Shown here: one piece after another, positions 1-10,934 of the stretch | Layout: the number at the start of each line of letters is the position of its first letter | Numbering within the stretch: the stretch's first letter is position 1 | Source of the DNA: an uncultured Lachnospiraceae bacterium | GTDB lineage: Bacteria; Bacillota; Clostridia; Lachnospirales; Lachnospiraceae | DNA: 64,000 nucleotides | Direction of reading: 5' to 3' | Assembly (NCBI GenBank): GCA_902777355.1 | Contig: CACYTU010000009.1 | Span: 26,101-90,100 of the forward strand | Position numbers and translations under genes: made by a program | Notes under the pieces: generated by a model | What the model saw: the letters and a program-made list of their open reading frames with translations, nothing else | What the model was told of the DNA's origin: nothing | The model's database searches: none

Positions 1-2
1 CG

Positions 3-731
3 GGGCGGGGCAATATTATTCTTCTCGATGAGAGCGGGCTCTCACCGGCCGGGGAGGACAACCTGATCTGCCGGGCAGTCCGCATGATGATGGAAAGCTT
101 TGATCTCAGGGCGGACATTGAGATCCGCCTGGTCAAAAGGATTCCTGTCGCCGCGGGGCTGGCGGGCGGCAGCACGGACGCTGCCGCGGCTTTCATCGCA
201 GTCCGGGACCTTCTGGCGCCCCAGGTGACAGATGTTCAGCTCATGGAGCTTGCAGTCGGACTCGGCGCGGACATACCTTACTGTATCGCAGGCGGGATCA
301 GGTTGGCAGAGGGAATCGGGGAGAAGCTGACAGAACTTCCGCCCATGCCCGATTGCAGTATTGTACTGGTGAAGCCGGCTGACGGTGCCTCCACGGCAAA
401 GGTCTACCGCGACCTGGATGCTATCGGGGACTATCATCATCCCGATATAGAAGGCCAGATCGCCGCTCTTGAGGCAGGTGACCTGCAGGCGCTTGCTGCC
501 CGCTGTGAGAATGTTCTGGAACTTGTCACAGGCAGGGACCTTCCGGTAATCGGCCGGATCGAAAGATTTTTTATGGATCAGGGAGCTGCCGCCGCGTGCA
601 TGAGCGGCAGCGGCCCCAGCGTTTTTGTAATTTTTTCCACTTTGGAGGAAGCTGAAAACGCAAGGGATAATTTTTTACTGACGAAAGAAGCATCGGAATG
701 CAGAGTTTTTATCTGTAATCCGGTTTCCTGA
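3..731 (+). CDS. ispE: 4-diphosphocytidyl-2-C-methyl-D-erythritol kinase (5'-truncated by window edge)
   Basis: Frame open from position 3 (EDNLICRA); GHMP motif KRIPVAAGLAGGSTDAAA, LGADIPYC, MSGSGPSVF. Confidence 0.95.
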   Translation, partial: GRGNIILLDESGLSPAGEDNLICRAVRMMMESFDLRADIEIRLVKRIPVAAGLAGGSTDAAAAFIAVRDLLAPQVTDVQLMELAVGLGADIPYCIAGGIRLAEGIGEKLTELPPMPDCSIVLVKPADGASTAKVYRDLDAIGDYHHPDIEGQIAALEAGDLQALAARCENVLELVTGRDLPVIGRIERFFMDQGAAAACMSGSGPSVFVIFSTLEEAENARDNFLLTKEASECRVFICNPVS

Positions 732-862
732 GTAAAGCAGCATCATTCCGGAAGCCGCACGGGAGAAAAACTCCGGGACTGCCCCATCACCTGCTGTTGT
801 CAGAGAGGGGGCGTCGATTTTTTGCTATAAATCCAGGGCATAGTGGAGTTGGAGGGCTTTTT

Positions 863-1600
863 ATGCACAATCAGAAAAACAGGAAACAAAACGAAAAAGA
901 GTTTTTGTCAGTTATTCCGGAAGCTATGCCGGATCTTGATGATCAGCAGTCAATTCCCCTCAGGGAGACTGCCTTCCTGACATTGAGAAAGCTGATCCTC
1001 ACCGGGAAGCTTCATCCGGGAGAGAGACTCACAGAGGTCCGTCTGGGAAAGATACTGGGAACGAGCAGGACTCCGATCAGAGAGGCTATCCGGAAACTGG
1101 AGCTTGAAGGGCTGGTAGTGATCACACCCGGAAGCGGTGCCCGTGTTGCCAGGATCACCGCGGAAGATCTGCAGGATGTCATGGAAGTGCGCTGTTCACT
1201 GGACCAGCTCTGTGCCCGCCTTGCCAGTAAGCGGATCACAGAGGAAGAAAAGAAAGAACTTATCCGGGCAAGAGAATCCTTTGAATACAGCACCAAATTC
1301 GGAAAAGAGCAGGAGATTGCCGAGAGTGATGTCCGCTTTCACGATGCCATCGCCAGGGCTGCCAAGAACCGGCGCCTTGACCAGGTGATGTCGGGACTTG
1401 CAGATACCATCTATCGGTATCGCTATGAATATATCCGCGATGACCTGCACTATGAGCAGCTGATCATGGAACACCGCGCGATCTGCAAGGCCATCCTGGA
1501 CGGAGACACCAGGGCTGCTATCATTGCGGCCAGAGAGCACATCGAAAGACAGCGCGATTTTATTCTCGACCAGATCCGGAAAAACAACGACGGAGAATGA
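863..1600 (+). CDS. GntR/FCD family transcriptional regulator
   Basis: HTH LHPGERLTEVRLGKILGTSRTPIREAIRKLELEGLV; FCD-like FHDAIA...EHRAICKAI; GGAGG RBS before ATG 863. Confidence 0.92.
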   Translation: MHNQKNRKQNEKEFLSVIPEAMPDLDDQQSIPLRETAFLTLRKLILTGKLHPGERLTEVRLGKILGTSRTPIREAIRKLELEGLVVITPGSGARVARITAEDLQDVMEVRCSLDQLCARLASKRITEEEKKELIRARESFEYSTKFGKEQEIAESDVRFHDAIARAAKNRRLDQVMSGLADTIYRYRYEYIRDDLHYEQLIMEHRAICKAILDGDTRAAIIAAREHIERQRDFILDQIRKNNDGE

Positions 1601-1689
1601 TTCTGCAAATCAGATCCGTGTGTTTTTCTTTTTGCTGCCGCTCTCACGGGCGGCATGTTTTGCAGGATTGGAAACAATAGGAAATATAT

Positions 1690-2565
1690 ATGGAAACAGA
1701 GAACAGCAGAGCGGTAAATGCGGATCTGCCGATTGGAGTCTTCGATTCGGGAGTGGGCGGTCTCACCGTTGTCAAAGAGATCATAAACCAGATGCCCAAT
1801 GAAAGAATCGTGTATTTCGGAGATACCGCCAGGGTACCTTACGGCAGTAAATCCAGGGATACTGTAGTCCGTTATTCAAGGCAGATCGTCCGCTTTTTGC
1901 TCGAACAGAATGTGAAGGCAATCGCAGTCGCCTGCAATACGGCCAGCGCCTATGCCATTCCGGAGATAGAAGCAGAGTGCCCGGTTCCTGTAATCGGGGT
2001 GATCCGGCCTGGCGCAAAGACGGCCGTGGAGGGCACCAGAAACGGGAGGATCGGCGTGATCGGCACCAGGGCTACGATCACCAGCGGATCCTATAAGGAG
2101 TACATCCGGGAAATCATGCCCGGGGCAGAGGTCTTCGGACAGGCATGTCCGCTCTTCGTCCCGCTTGTAGAGGAGGGACTCTGGGAGGACCCCGTGACGG
2201 ATGAGATCGCCAGAAGATATATGGCTTCTCTGATCGACAGGGATATAGACACGTTGATCATGGGCTGCACACACTATCCTCTGATCAGGAAAACAATCGG
2301 GAGGGCTGCAGGCGACAAAGTGCTTCTGGTCAATCCTGCCTACGAGACAGCCAGAGAACTCCGGAAACTGCTCGAGAGCAGGTCGCTGATCTCCGGACAC
2401 AGATATGAACTCGGCAGCACAGTCCCCCAGTACAGATTTTATGTGAGTGATATGGCAGACCAGTTTCAGAAATTTGCCAACTCGATCATTAAATACGGGA
2501 TCCTGGCGGCGGAAAAAATCGATATATACAATTATTCCGCCAGGCCGCTCTCGGAAGGGGACTGA
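1690..2565 (+). CDS. murI: glutamate racemase
   Basis: IGVFDSGVGGLTV, PYGSKS, VACNTASA, MGCTHYP. Confidence 0.97.
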   Translation: METENSRAVNADLPIGVFDSGVGGLTVVKEIINQMPNERIVYFGDTARVPYGSKSRDTVVRYSRQIVRFLLEQNVKAIAVACNTASAYAIPEIEAECPVPVIGVIRPGAKTAVEGTRNGRIGVIGTRATITSGSYKEYIREIMPGAEVFGQACPLFVPLVEEGLWEDPVTDEIARRYMASLIDRDIDTLIMGCTHYPLIRKTIGRAAGDKVLLVNPAYETARELRKLLESRSLISGHRYELGSTVPQYRFYVSDMADQFQKFANSIIKYGILAAEKIDIYNYSARPLSEGD

Positions 2566-2652
2566 AAAGATGACCGGAAGCGGTGTTTCTTCCGCAGGGC
2601 GGTCCTGATGTTCCCTGCTCAGTATTTTCCGAAAATACGGCAGGAGGAATGT

Positions 2653-3102
2653 ATGAACACTGATGCTCTTAAGAAGAGGGTTTTCCTGACGATCACCGGC
2701 ATCCGGACCGACGCCGATGGAAACAGCATGAAGACAAGTACAGAACATGAAGCTGCCTGGCTCGGCAGCACCGCAGGGCACTCATTTCTGTACACTGAGG
2801 AAGGCCTGGAGACAGTCCTGTTTCTCTCCCCTCATATCGTGAGATTAGAGAGAGGCGGGAAGACCGGAACCCGCATGGTGTTCGATCCGTCCGTGACTAT
2901 GACGGAATGTTCCTATGTGACTCCTTTTGGAACGATTCCCATGGAAATCCGCACAGAGCGGATCGTCATAATGGACGGAGGGCGCCGGGAACGCGGCAGT
3001 CAGAAGTTCCGTATCGCGGGCAGGGTGAAATATACGCTCCGGATCGGAGGAGATGATCCGGCGGATTGTTCGGTGACAATAAAAGCGCAGCAGATCGATT
3101 GA
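2653..3102 (+). CDS. DUF1934-like beta-barrel protein
   Basis: AGGAGG RBS; FLYTEE, RMVFD, YVTPFGTIPMEIRT pattern; follows murI. Confidence 0.65.
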   Translation: MNTDALKKRVFLTITGIRTDADGNSMKTSTEHEAAWLGSTAGHSFLYTEEGLETVLFLSPHIVRLERGGKTGTRMVFDPSVTMTECSYVTPFGTIPMEIRTERIVIMDGGRRERGSQKFRIAGRVKYTLRIGGDDPADCSVTIKAQQID

Positions 3103-3227
3103 TCGCTGCGCTTTTTCAGTGCTGTTATCTGGTCTGCCCTGCGGCGGGCAGGGACCGAAAAACTGCCGGTTCCGGGTTTAGAACAGCCTTTATCCTGCTG
3201 CCATCCTTTACCCTGTGCATGCCTGGT

Positions 3228-3713
3228 TTATTTGACGGATTTTGCTCCTGCCTTTTCCTGAAGCTTATCGACCCAGGTTTTCTTCTTGGGCGGGGCATCG
3301 CTCTGCAGGCGGCCGCCTTTCATGTTCCTGGCTTCTACGATGTAAATACCGCTCACCATGCACTTGATCTGCTTTTTGACCGGAATGCTGTCAAAAATCT
3401 TTTCATCACAGATGAAGTTCAGGATCTGAGGACCTGCCTTTGCCTTCACGACCGGAACCTTGGATCGTTTGGCATACCACGGAGTCTGCTGTATGACCTG
3501 ATCGGGCAGACCGGATTCCTTCAGCTTCAGCCGCTTTTTGTCTATGACCAGAAGTGTCATGGGCTGTTTCATGGACTGTATCTGTGCATCTGACTCAGCC
3601 TGCCTCGCCTGAAGACGTTTTCCTATAAAGTAGAGGGCGATCAGAATACCCACCAGGATGACAAGTATAATGAGCAAAACTATTGTTACACGGTTCAAAG
3701 CGTTTTCCTCCAT
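3228..3713 (-). CDS. hypothetical membrane protein (N-terminal TM helix, basic C-terminus)
   Basis: Hydrophobic VTIVLLIILVILVGILIALYFIG followed by a natural-looking soluble domain. Confidence 0.75.
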   Translation of the reverse strand: MEENALNRVTIVLLIILVILVGILIALYFIGKRLQARQAESDAQIQSMKQPMTLLVIDKKRLKLKESGLPDQVIQQTPWYAKRSKVPVVKAKAGPQILNFICDEKIFDSIPVKKQIKCMVSGIYIVEARNMKGGRLQSDAPPKKKTWVDKLQEKAGAKSVK

Positions 3714-3929
3714 CTGTAGAATTATTCGGCAGGTTCACCGCAAATATCCGGTCCCGGGCAATAAAAAACCGGTGGGGAGAATCTGTCAGAATCGCTCCCG
3801 CCGGATCCTCAATACCACGCTCAGGGACTGTTTCAGCAGAGAACCGGAAAGATATTGATATTCTATCATTCTTTTTACAGCAAAACAAGGAGGAAGTAAA
3901 GTTGTTTCCGAACCGTATTGTTTCCGTAT

Positions 3930-4087
3930 GTTACAGTTCAGGCCCTGCTGAAAACAATGCGCCTTTTGTGCATCACTGCTTCGGTGGGACGCTCCCGCTC
4001 CGTGAAAAACGCAGCGGATACTAAAGCTTTTTGCTGCGCCAGGGCTTGCAAAAAGCAACCAAGAATCAGGTGGGCCTGAACTGTAAC
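3930..4087. mobile_element. MITE-like element, 158 bp, 16-bp TIRs, 8-bp target duplication
   Basis: GTTACAGTTCAGGCCC (3930-3945) / GGGCCTGAACTGTAAC (4072-4087), flanked by TTCCGTAT at 3922-3929 and 4088-4095. Confidence 0.8.
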
Positions 4088-4548
4088 TTCCGTATTGCAG
4101 TTCAGGCCGTCTGAAACGCAATGTGTTTTTGTACTCGGAAACGTACAAAAAACGGAGTTTTTATGAATTTCATTGTTCCCCTCGGGTCTATCCGCTGGAA
4201 ACCTCACAAAAATGCCTCGAGTTTTGAACAGGCTGTGACCTTTTGTTCTTACTTTTTTCAGTATTCTTCCCTTTTCAGTTTTTTTTAGCTGTGATACACT
4301 ATAGCAGTTATCTTTTTTATGAAAAGATGGTTGAACGAGTATTGCTAATAAGTATTGTTAATGAAGCGCAGCCGGACTCAGCAGGGACTGTATCCGGAAT
4401 CCCGGATGAAAAAGCAGTCCGCCGTGTTCCTGGGACAGACGATTTACAGAACGGGAAGTGATATACAATTGTCCCCTGGTAAAGATTAGTGATGCGGAAG
4501 CGTCGTGAGTCGGCAGTGAAATTTAGAATCTCTATATGGAGGAAAAGC

Positions 4549-5967
4549 ATGAGAAAAAATGTAATTGCAGCAATTGCGGGAGCGATGGTTCTGTGTATGG
4601 CGGCAGCCGGCTGCGGAAGCACCCAGACAGGAACCACTGTTGCACCTGGAACGGCAGACACTGCGGCTACAGCGGCAGCAGCGGCTTCTGAAGCGGCAAC
4701 AGAATCTGCGGCGGCCGTTGCGACGGATACCATGGCGGCATGGCATGATCATGATGAAGCCTATCTGTCCGGAATCAAGGCAAAAGAACTGGTAGAGCTT
4801 CCCAAGTCATACAAACATCTGGAAGTTGAGGCGAAAAAGCCTGCAGAGGTCACAGATAAGGATGTGGATGAAGATATTGAGAATACTCTGCGGACCAATG
4901 CTCCCCTTGAGGAAGTGGACCGCAAGGTCAAAGAAGGAGATACCGTCAGCATCGACTATGTCGGAAAGCTGGACGGTGTGGAGTTTGACGGCGGAACAGG
5001 CAGCTATGACCTGGTGATCGGCTCCCACAGCTTTATCGAGGGATTTGAAGAGGGACTGATCGGGGCGGAAAAGGGCGACACACTTGACCTGAATCTGACT
5101 TTCCCTGAAAAATATCACGCGCCAAATCTGGCAGGCAAGGAAGTTGTCTTTACCGTGACTGTCAACAAGATCTCCGAATATAAGGTTCCGGAACTCAATG
5201 ATGATTATGTCCGCAGCCTCAATAAGATCGACAAATTCAATAACGCGATCACCAGTGTGGATGATTATAAGGAATACGTCAAGGCAAACCTGGAAGAGAA
5301 GCGGGAGAGCACATATCGCGAAACAGTTATTGCAGCCTGCCTGAACAAGCTGCTTGAGGAGAGCACTTTTAAGGGAGAAATCCCCGCTGCCATGAAGGAT
5401 CAGTACAACGATTCCATGACCCGTATGCTGCAGTATTATGCGCTGATGAATTACATGGAACTGAAAGATCTGATGATCAACGCCTATCATGCCACTGAAG
5501 ATAATTATATGGACATGATCAGTGATATGGCTGATAACCAGATGAAGAGGGACATCATCCTCCAGGCTATCGCGGATGAGAAGGATCTCAATCCCGACCA
5601 GGACGAGATCGAGAAAGCTGTCACGGATTATGTGGAGTCCGAGGAGACCGTCCAGAGTGTGGACCAAGTGGGCCGTTATGCCAGAGAATTCCTTCGCGAC
5701 GAGCTCATGAGGAACAAGGTCTATAACTGGCTTGTCGATCACGCCAGAGTCGAAGAACCCTCTGAAGATAAGGACGATGCTTCAGAGGCTGACACATCTG
5801 TTGAAGGCGGGACCGATGCTGCTGCGGCAGATACTTCAGATACCTCGGAAACAGCAGTGGAAGCTTCTTCTGAAGACGGAACTGATAATGCCGGTGAAAC
5901 GGATGAAAAGTCTGAAGAAGGAGAAACCGTCGAAGACAACTCAGGAGAAGATGCTTCCAAAGAATAA
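4549..5967 (+). CDS. trigger-factor-like FKBP peptidyl-prolyl isomerase, predicted lipoprotein
   Basis: Signal peptide with lipobox (VLCMAAAGC); FKBP domain GDTVSIDYVGKLDGVEFDGG...FIEGFEEGLIG...FPEKYHAPNLAGKEVVF; acidic tail. Confidence 0.85.
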   Translation: MRKNVIAAIAGAMVLCMAAAGCGSTQTGTTVAPGTADTAATAAAAASEAATESAAAVATDTMAAWHDHDEAYLSGIKAKELVELPKSYKHLEVEAKKPAEVTDKDVDEDIENTLRTNAPLEEVDRKVKEGDTVSIDYVGKLDGVEFDGGTGSYDLVIGSHSFIEGFEEGLIGAEKGDTLDLNLTFPEKYHAPNLAGKEVVFTVTVNKISEYKVPELNDDYVRSLNKIDKFNNAITSVDDYKEYVKANLEEKRESTYRETVIAACLNKLLEESTFKGEIPAAMKDQYNDSMTRMLQYYALMNYMELKDLMINAYHATEDNYMDMISDMADNQMKRDIILQAIADEKDLNPDQDEIEKAVTDYVESEETVQSVDQVGRYAREFLRDELMRNKVYNWLVDHARVEEPSEDKDDASEADTSVEGGTDAAAADTSDTSETAVEASSEDGTDNAGETDEKSEEGETVEDNSGEDASKE

Positions 5968-6133
5968 AAACAGTTTTTTTCAGGGCCTGACACCGGTACA
6001 TGCCCGATATATGCGCGATGTCTGCGCGCCAGCGTGTTCCGGCAGGTTCTGGAAGAGCGAAATACAGACAGCATCTTGTTTTTGAGAAGAATACGAAGAA
6101 AGAGTGCCGCGCAAAGCGCGGTCGGAGGTGAGT

Positions 6134-7537
6134 ATGAGACAGGAATATGACCTGACAGAGATTAAGGATCTCTATGCAGGAGCAGAAAAGTACGCGGACC
6201 GGAAAGTGACAGTAGGCGGATGGATCCGCTCCAACCGCGACTCTAAAAAAATCGGATTCATCACACTGAACGACGGCAGCTGCTTCCAGACACTGCAGCT
6301 GGTCTACAGCAGTGATCTGGACAACTTCGCGGAGGCGGCAAAGCTCAATATCGGTTCCGCCGTGATCGCGACCGGAACGATCGTCATGACACCCAATGCC
6401 AAGCAGCCTTTTGAGATGCAGGTTGAGAAGATCGAGGTGGAGGGAGCTTCCTCACCTGATTATCCCCTGCAGAAAAAGCGCCACAGCTTTGAGTATCTGC
6501 GCACCATTCCCCACCTTCGTGTCCGCGCCAATACTTTTACTGCTGTGTTCCGTGTCCGCTCCCTGATCGCCTACGCGATCCACAAATTCTTCCAGGAGCG
6601 CGGCTTCGTCTATGTGCATTCACCCATTATCACCGGCAGTGACGCCGAGGGCGCGGGCGAGATGTTCCAGGTGACCACCCTTCCCATGGAAGATCTTCCG
6701 AAGACAGAAGACGGAAAAGTCGACTATTCCCGGGACTTTTTCGGAAAGCCCGTCAACCTGACTGTCAGCGGCCAGCTTGATGTCGAGACCTATGCCTTTG
6801 CTTTCCGCAACGTCTACACATTCGGCCCCACTTTCCGCGCGGAAGAGTCCAATACCACCCGGCATGCGGCTGAGTTCTGGATGATCGAGCCCGAATTCTG
6901 CTTCGCGGATCTTAACGACAACATGCAGCTGGCTGAAGACATGCTCAAATATATCATCAGCTATGTGCTGGAGAACGCCCCTGAAGAGATGAAATTCTTC
7001 AACCAGTTCATCGACAAGGGCCTCCTGGACCGCCTCAACCACGTCCTCAACTCCGATTTCGGTCATGTAACCTATACCGAGGCTGTCAAGATCCTCGAGA
7101 AACACAACGACGAGTTTGATTACAAGGTATCCTGGGGCTGCGACCTGCAGACCGAGCATGAGCGCTACCTCACCGAGAAGGAATTCAAGCGTCCCGTTTT
7201 TGTCACGGACTACCCCAAGGAGATCAAGGCCTTCTATATGAAGCTGAACGAAGACGGCAAGACCGTTGCTGCTATGGACTGCCTGGTTCCCGGAATTGGT
7301 GAGATCATCGGCGGCAGTCAGCGTGAAGAGGACTTGGCAAAGCTTGAGCAGCGCATGGATGAGCTGGGCCTGGACAAGGAAAGCTATCAGTTCTACCTCG
7401 ACCTGCGCCGCTATGGCAGCGTGCGCCATGCGGGCTTCGGCCTCGGATTCGAGCGCTGCGTCATGTACCTGACAGGAATGGGCAACATCCGCGACGTCCT
7501 TCCTTTCCCCCGCACAGTAGGAAACTGCGAACTTTGA
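6134..7537 (+). CDS. asnS: asparagine--tRNA ligase
   Basis: [50 protein letters not shown]. Confidence 0.97.
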   Translation: MRQEYDLTEIKDLYAGAEKYADRKVTVGGWIRSNRDSKKIGFITLNDGSCFQTLQLVYSSDLDNFAEAAKLNIGSAVIATGTIVMTPNAKQPFEMQVEKIEVEGASSPDYPLQKKRHSFEYLRTIPHLRVRANTFTAVFRVRSLIAYAIHKFFQERGFVYVHSPIITGSDAEGAGEMFQVTTLPMEDLPKTEDGKVDYSRDFFGKPVNLTVSGQLDVETYAFAFRNVYTFGPTFRAEESNTTRHAAEFWMIEPEFCFADLNDNMQLAEDMLKYIISYVLENAPEEMKFFNQFIDKGLLDRLNHVLNSDFGHVTYTEAVKILEKHNDEFDYKVSWGCDLQTEHERYLTEKEFKRPVFVTDYPKEIKAFYMKLNEDGKTVAAMDCLVPGIGEIIGGSQREEDLAKLEQRMDELGLDKESYQFYLDLRRYGSVRHAGFGLGFERCVMYLTGMGNIRDVLPFPRTVGNCEL

Positions 7538-7869
7538 TGGCAGACCGGAAGACCGGCTGCCGCGGGGCGGAGTGCAAATGTGTGGAGCGCTGTGACAGCA
7601 CAGTACACTCGAAACAGCGCGCAGCTTTGATCATACATATCTGTGAACATCATAGCTGCAGGTAAAAATAAAAAGTTAAAAACCGGAATTAAAAAGTGGG
7701 AAACAGCAGAAAGCCAATGGAGGCCGGAAGCTGTTTCCCACGTGTACTTAAAAAAGGAAAAGCGGAGCCCGGCATCCGCTTTCAAAAATCCCATCAGAGA
7801 GACCGCTTCTGCAGTCTCTCACCGGGACCTGGTCCTTCAGCGTTTCGCCTTTTAGAACAGGAGGTAACT

Positions 7870-9447
7870 ATGCAGCAGGAAAGAATCATCATCCTGGATT
7901 TCGGCGGGCAGTACAAGCAGCTGATCGCGCGCCGCGTCAGGGAATGCAATGTGTATTGTGAGATCCACCCGCACACACTGAAAATTGAAAAAATAAAGGA
8001 AATGAATCCCATGGGGATCATTCTGACCGGCGGTCCCGCCAGTGTCTACGACGGGAAATCTCCCACCTGTTCTCCGGAGCTCTTCGAATTGGGGATCCCT
8101 GTCCTTGGCATCTGCTACGGCTCACAGCTCATGGCATACCGCTGCGGGGGACAGGTCAAAACCGCCCCGGTCAGCGAATACGGACGCACGGAAGTCTATA
8201 TAGACGAAAAGTCTTCCCTGCTTCTGAAAGATGTCGAATGTGACAGGAAAGCATCCACGGTCTGCTGGATGAGCCACACCGACTATATTGCGGAAATCCC
8301 GGAAGGGTTCTCTGTCACGGCCCATACGGAGCACTGCCCGGTGGCAGCTATGGAGAATTCCGCCCGCAGGCTCTATGCTGTCCAGTTCCACCCGGAAGTA
8401 GTACATACTCAGGAAGGGACAAAAATGCTCCGGAATTTTGTCATGGATGTCTGCGGCTGCAAAGGTGACTGGGAGATGTCCTCCTTTGCAGAGCGCACGA
8501 TTGAGGAACTCCGCAAAAAAATCGGAGACAGGCATGTTCTGCTGGGCCTCTCCGGAGGCGTGGATTCCACGGTCGCTGCAGCCCTCCTCTCCAGGGCAAT
8601 CGGCAGTCAGCTGCACTGTGTCTTTGTGGACCACGGCCTCATGCGAAAAAATGAGGGCGACGAGGTGGAAGCTATCTTCGGGCCGGAGGGCAGTTTTGAC
8701 CTGCACTTTATCCGCGTCAACGCCCAGGAGAGATTCTATCGCCGCCTGATCGGCCAGACCGACCCCGAGACCAAGAGAAAGATTATAGGAGAGGAATTTC
8801 CGCGAATTTTCGGAACAGAAGCATGGAAACTCAAAGGAAAAGTCCGCTATCTGGCACAGGGGACAATCTACCCGGATGTCGTCGAGAGCGGCGACGGAAA
8901 GACAGGTGATGTGATCAAATCCCACCACAATGTCGGCGGACTTCCCATTGAACTTGTCCGTGAGCTGGGATTTGATGAAACCCCGATCGAACCTCTCCGC
9001 ATGCTTTTTAAGGATGAAGTGCGCCGCGTCGGCCTGGAACTGGGCATCCCCCGCGAGCTGGTCTACCGTCAGCCTTTCCCCGGTCCGGGACTCGCTGTCC
9101 GCATCGTGGGTGAGATCACACCCTACAAAGTCCAGATCGTGCAGGAAGCTGACTACATCTTCCGCGAGGAGCTTCACAAAGCCGGAGCGGATAAAGGGCT
9201 GGGACAGTACTTCGCCGCCCTCTCCAACATGCACAGCGTCGGTGTCATGGGAGACCACCGCACCTACGGCCTGGCCGTAGTCCTGCGAGCTGTCATTACC
9301 AGCGACTTCATGACCGCCGAAGCGGCTGAGATTCCGTGGAATGTTCTCCAGACAACCATGAACCGCATCATTAACGAGGTGGACGGAGTCAACCGTGTGC
9401 TCTACGACATCACCAGTAAGCCGCCCGGAACCATAGAGCTGGAATAA
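7870..9447 (+). CDS. guaA: GMP synthase (glutamine-hydrolysing), full length
   Basis: [20 protein letters not shown] (GATase); [39 protein letters not shown]. Confidence 0.97.
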   Translation: MQQERIIILDFGGQYKQLIARRVRECNVYCEIHPHTLKIEKIKEMNPMGIILTGGPASVYDGKSPTCSPELFELGIPVLGICYGSQLMAYRCGGQVKTAPVSEYGRTEVYIDEKSSLLLKDVECDRKASTVCWMSHTDYIAEIPEGFSVTAHTEHCPVAAMENSARRLYAVQFHPEVVHTQEGTKMLRNFVMDVCGCKGDWEMSSFAERTIEELRKKIGDRHVLLGLSGGVDSTVAAALLSRAIGSQLHCVFVDHGLMRKNEGDEVEAIFGPEGSFDLHFIRVNAQERFYRRLIGQTDPETKRKIIGEEFPRIFGTEAWKLKGKVRYLAQGTIYPDVVESGDGKTGDVIKSHHNVGGLPIELVRELGFDETPIEPLRMLFKDEVRRVGLELGIPRELVYRQPFPGPGLAVRIVGEITPYKVQIVQEADYIFREELHKAGADKGLGQYFAALSNMHSVGVMGDHRTYGLAVVLRAVITSDFMTAEAAEIPWNVLQTTMNRIINEVDGVNRVLYDITSKPPGTIELE

Positions 9448-9580
9448 TCGCAAAGCACTCGAGCTGCGCGAAAATAAAGAAAGCAGTCCTGCGTGAACTT
9501 GCTCACGCAGAGACTGCTTTCATTAGTTTCATGCGGTTACGGAGCCGCGTTGAGATTGCCTCAAAGGGAAATCGAAGCGG
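9436..9580 (+). repeat. guaA 3'-end/att-like element with hairpin, copy 1
   Basis: Begins with the last guaA codons GAGCTGGAATAA; hairpin AAAGCAGTC..TGCGTGA..TCACGCA..GACTGCTTT; similar copy at 10935-11078. Confidence 0.75.
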
Positions 9581-9603
9581 TAACTGTGCCGATGGTAACT
9601 GTG

Positions 9604-9963
9604 TCACTGTCCGGAATCAGCCTTCAGTTTCTGATGATAGGCAAGGAGCCTTTTTCGGGCAGGACTCTTTGTGTCAATCATGTCTTTGATCAGGTCGAAT
9701 AGTTCAGGATCATCTGACCTGGAAATCAGATATTCCGCTGGTTCGGGGATCTCAGAGGCGCCGGTCAGGTATTCGGGCGAGACTCCGAGCTTTTGCGCCA
9801 TAAATACAATCGTCTGCCAGGAGGGTGTTCTGTCTGCTGTTTCATAGCGCAGGTATCCCATTTTTGATAAGCCGAACAGTCTCGCTGCTTCAGCTTTATT
9901 AAGCCCCCTCTCTTCCCGAATATTCTTTAATCTTTCCGGACAAAACCCTGTTTCCACTTTCAT
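9604..9963 (-). CDS. XRE family HTH transcriptional regulator
   Basis: ERLKNIREERGLNKAEAARLFGLSKMGYLRYETADRTP...LGVSPEYLTG; start placed at ATG 9963. Confidence 0.85.
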   Translation of the reverse strand: MKVETGFCPERLKNIREERGLNKAEAARLFGLSKMGYLRYETADRTPSWQTIVFMAQKLGVSPEYLTGASEIPEPAEYLISRSDDPELFDLIKDMIDTKSPARKRLLAYHQKLKADSGQ

Positions 9964-10090
9964 ATCTCCCGGTAAAAAAGGATTGACGGTAACCAATGGA
10001 TACAATAATATGATGAAAATAGTAACCATTGGTTATATTTTATGTGTGGGAAGGTGAAATTACAAGTCGTTTCATATAATCAATAAGTGA

Positions 10091-10119
10091 TTGACACCAT
10101 ATGTGACACCAAATATAAT
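10091..10119 (+). promoter_or_regulatory. consensus sigma-70 promoter of hicAB with repeated TGACACCA (candidate operator)
   Basis: TTGACA-17 nt-TATAAT, 17 nt upstream of the hicA ATG. Confidence 0.8.
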
Positions 10120-10136
10120 GGAAGGCAGAAGAAGAT

Positions 10137-10384
10137 ATGTCGAAATGGGATAAACTGATCAGCCGTATTTATTCTTTATCAAAGGATTTGAGGTTCAACG
10201 AACTTCGTAAGATCCTGGAAAGCTGCGGATATACCATGAATGCTCCAAGGAGCGGAAGCAGTCATTACACATTCGGAAACCGGGAAAGAACCCGATTACA
10301 ATTCCTAAAAATGAACCGATAAAACGAGTCTATGTCGAGATGGTTCGGAAGGTAGTAGAGGAGTCGATGGATGAAAACGATTGA
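10137..10384 (+). pseudogene. hicA: HicA-family toxin, frameshifted
   Basis: MSKWDKL...GSSHYTF continues in a shifted frame as (R)KPGKNPITIPKNEPIKRVYVEMVRKVVEESMDEND*; one base missing near 10274. Confidence 0.85.
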
Positions 10385-10733
10385 TTATTATATGAGCCTG
10401 CCCTATAGACTTGAAATCGTTCCTGATTCTGCTGAAGGCGGCTATGTTGCATCATATCCTGAACTGCCAGGCTGTATAACCGTCGGCAATACCCTGGAGG
10501 AGACGGTTGCTCATGTATTGGATGCAAAAAGGGAATGGCTGAATGCAGCGCTGGAAGATGGGATTGAGATTAAGGAACCTGTATCATTGGATGATTATTC
10601 CGGGCAGTTCAAGCTCAGAATACCAAAAAGCCTTCACCGTTCCCTTGCAGAGCATTCTAAGGCGGAAGGGATCAGTATGAATCAGTATTGCCTGTACCTG
10701 CTGACACGGAATGATGCGCTTGCTTCGAGATAA
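10371..10733 (+). CDS. hicB: HicB-family antitoxin
   Basis: EGGYVASYPELPGCITVGNTLEE; RHH tail YSGQFKLRIPKSLHRSLAEHSKAEGISMNQY. Confidence 0.93.
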   Translation: MKTIDYYMSLPYRLEIVPDSAEGGYVASYPELPGCITVGNTLEETVAHVLDAKREWLNAALEDGIEIKEPVSLDDYSGQFKLRIPKSLHRSLAEHSKAEGISMNQYCLYLLTRNDALASR

Positions 10734-10934
10734 TTTACGTGAACAAAATTAACCTTGGAGAAACAAGGGCTGACAACATCCTGACACAGGCATTAAACCT
10801 GATAACATTCTGCTGATAACAATTTGATAACACCAGATCAGATAACCCATATAAGCAGGATATATGAGAACAAATGGAGTCACGACGTATCACAGCTCCT
10901 ATACAAATTAATATAAAATCACGAATTGATCAGC

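Noticed and set aside
5968-6133. T-box leader for asnS
   Set aside because: Short intergenic region with no T-box consensus or terminator/antiterminator seen.
7540-7870. Purine riboswitch upstream of guaA (also looked upstream of guaB and the second GMP synthase)
   Set aside because: No purine aptamer core pattern found by eye; the 7696 ORF extension is also rejected in favour of ATG 7870 with its AGGAGG RBS.
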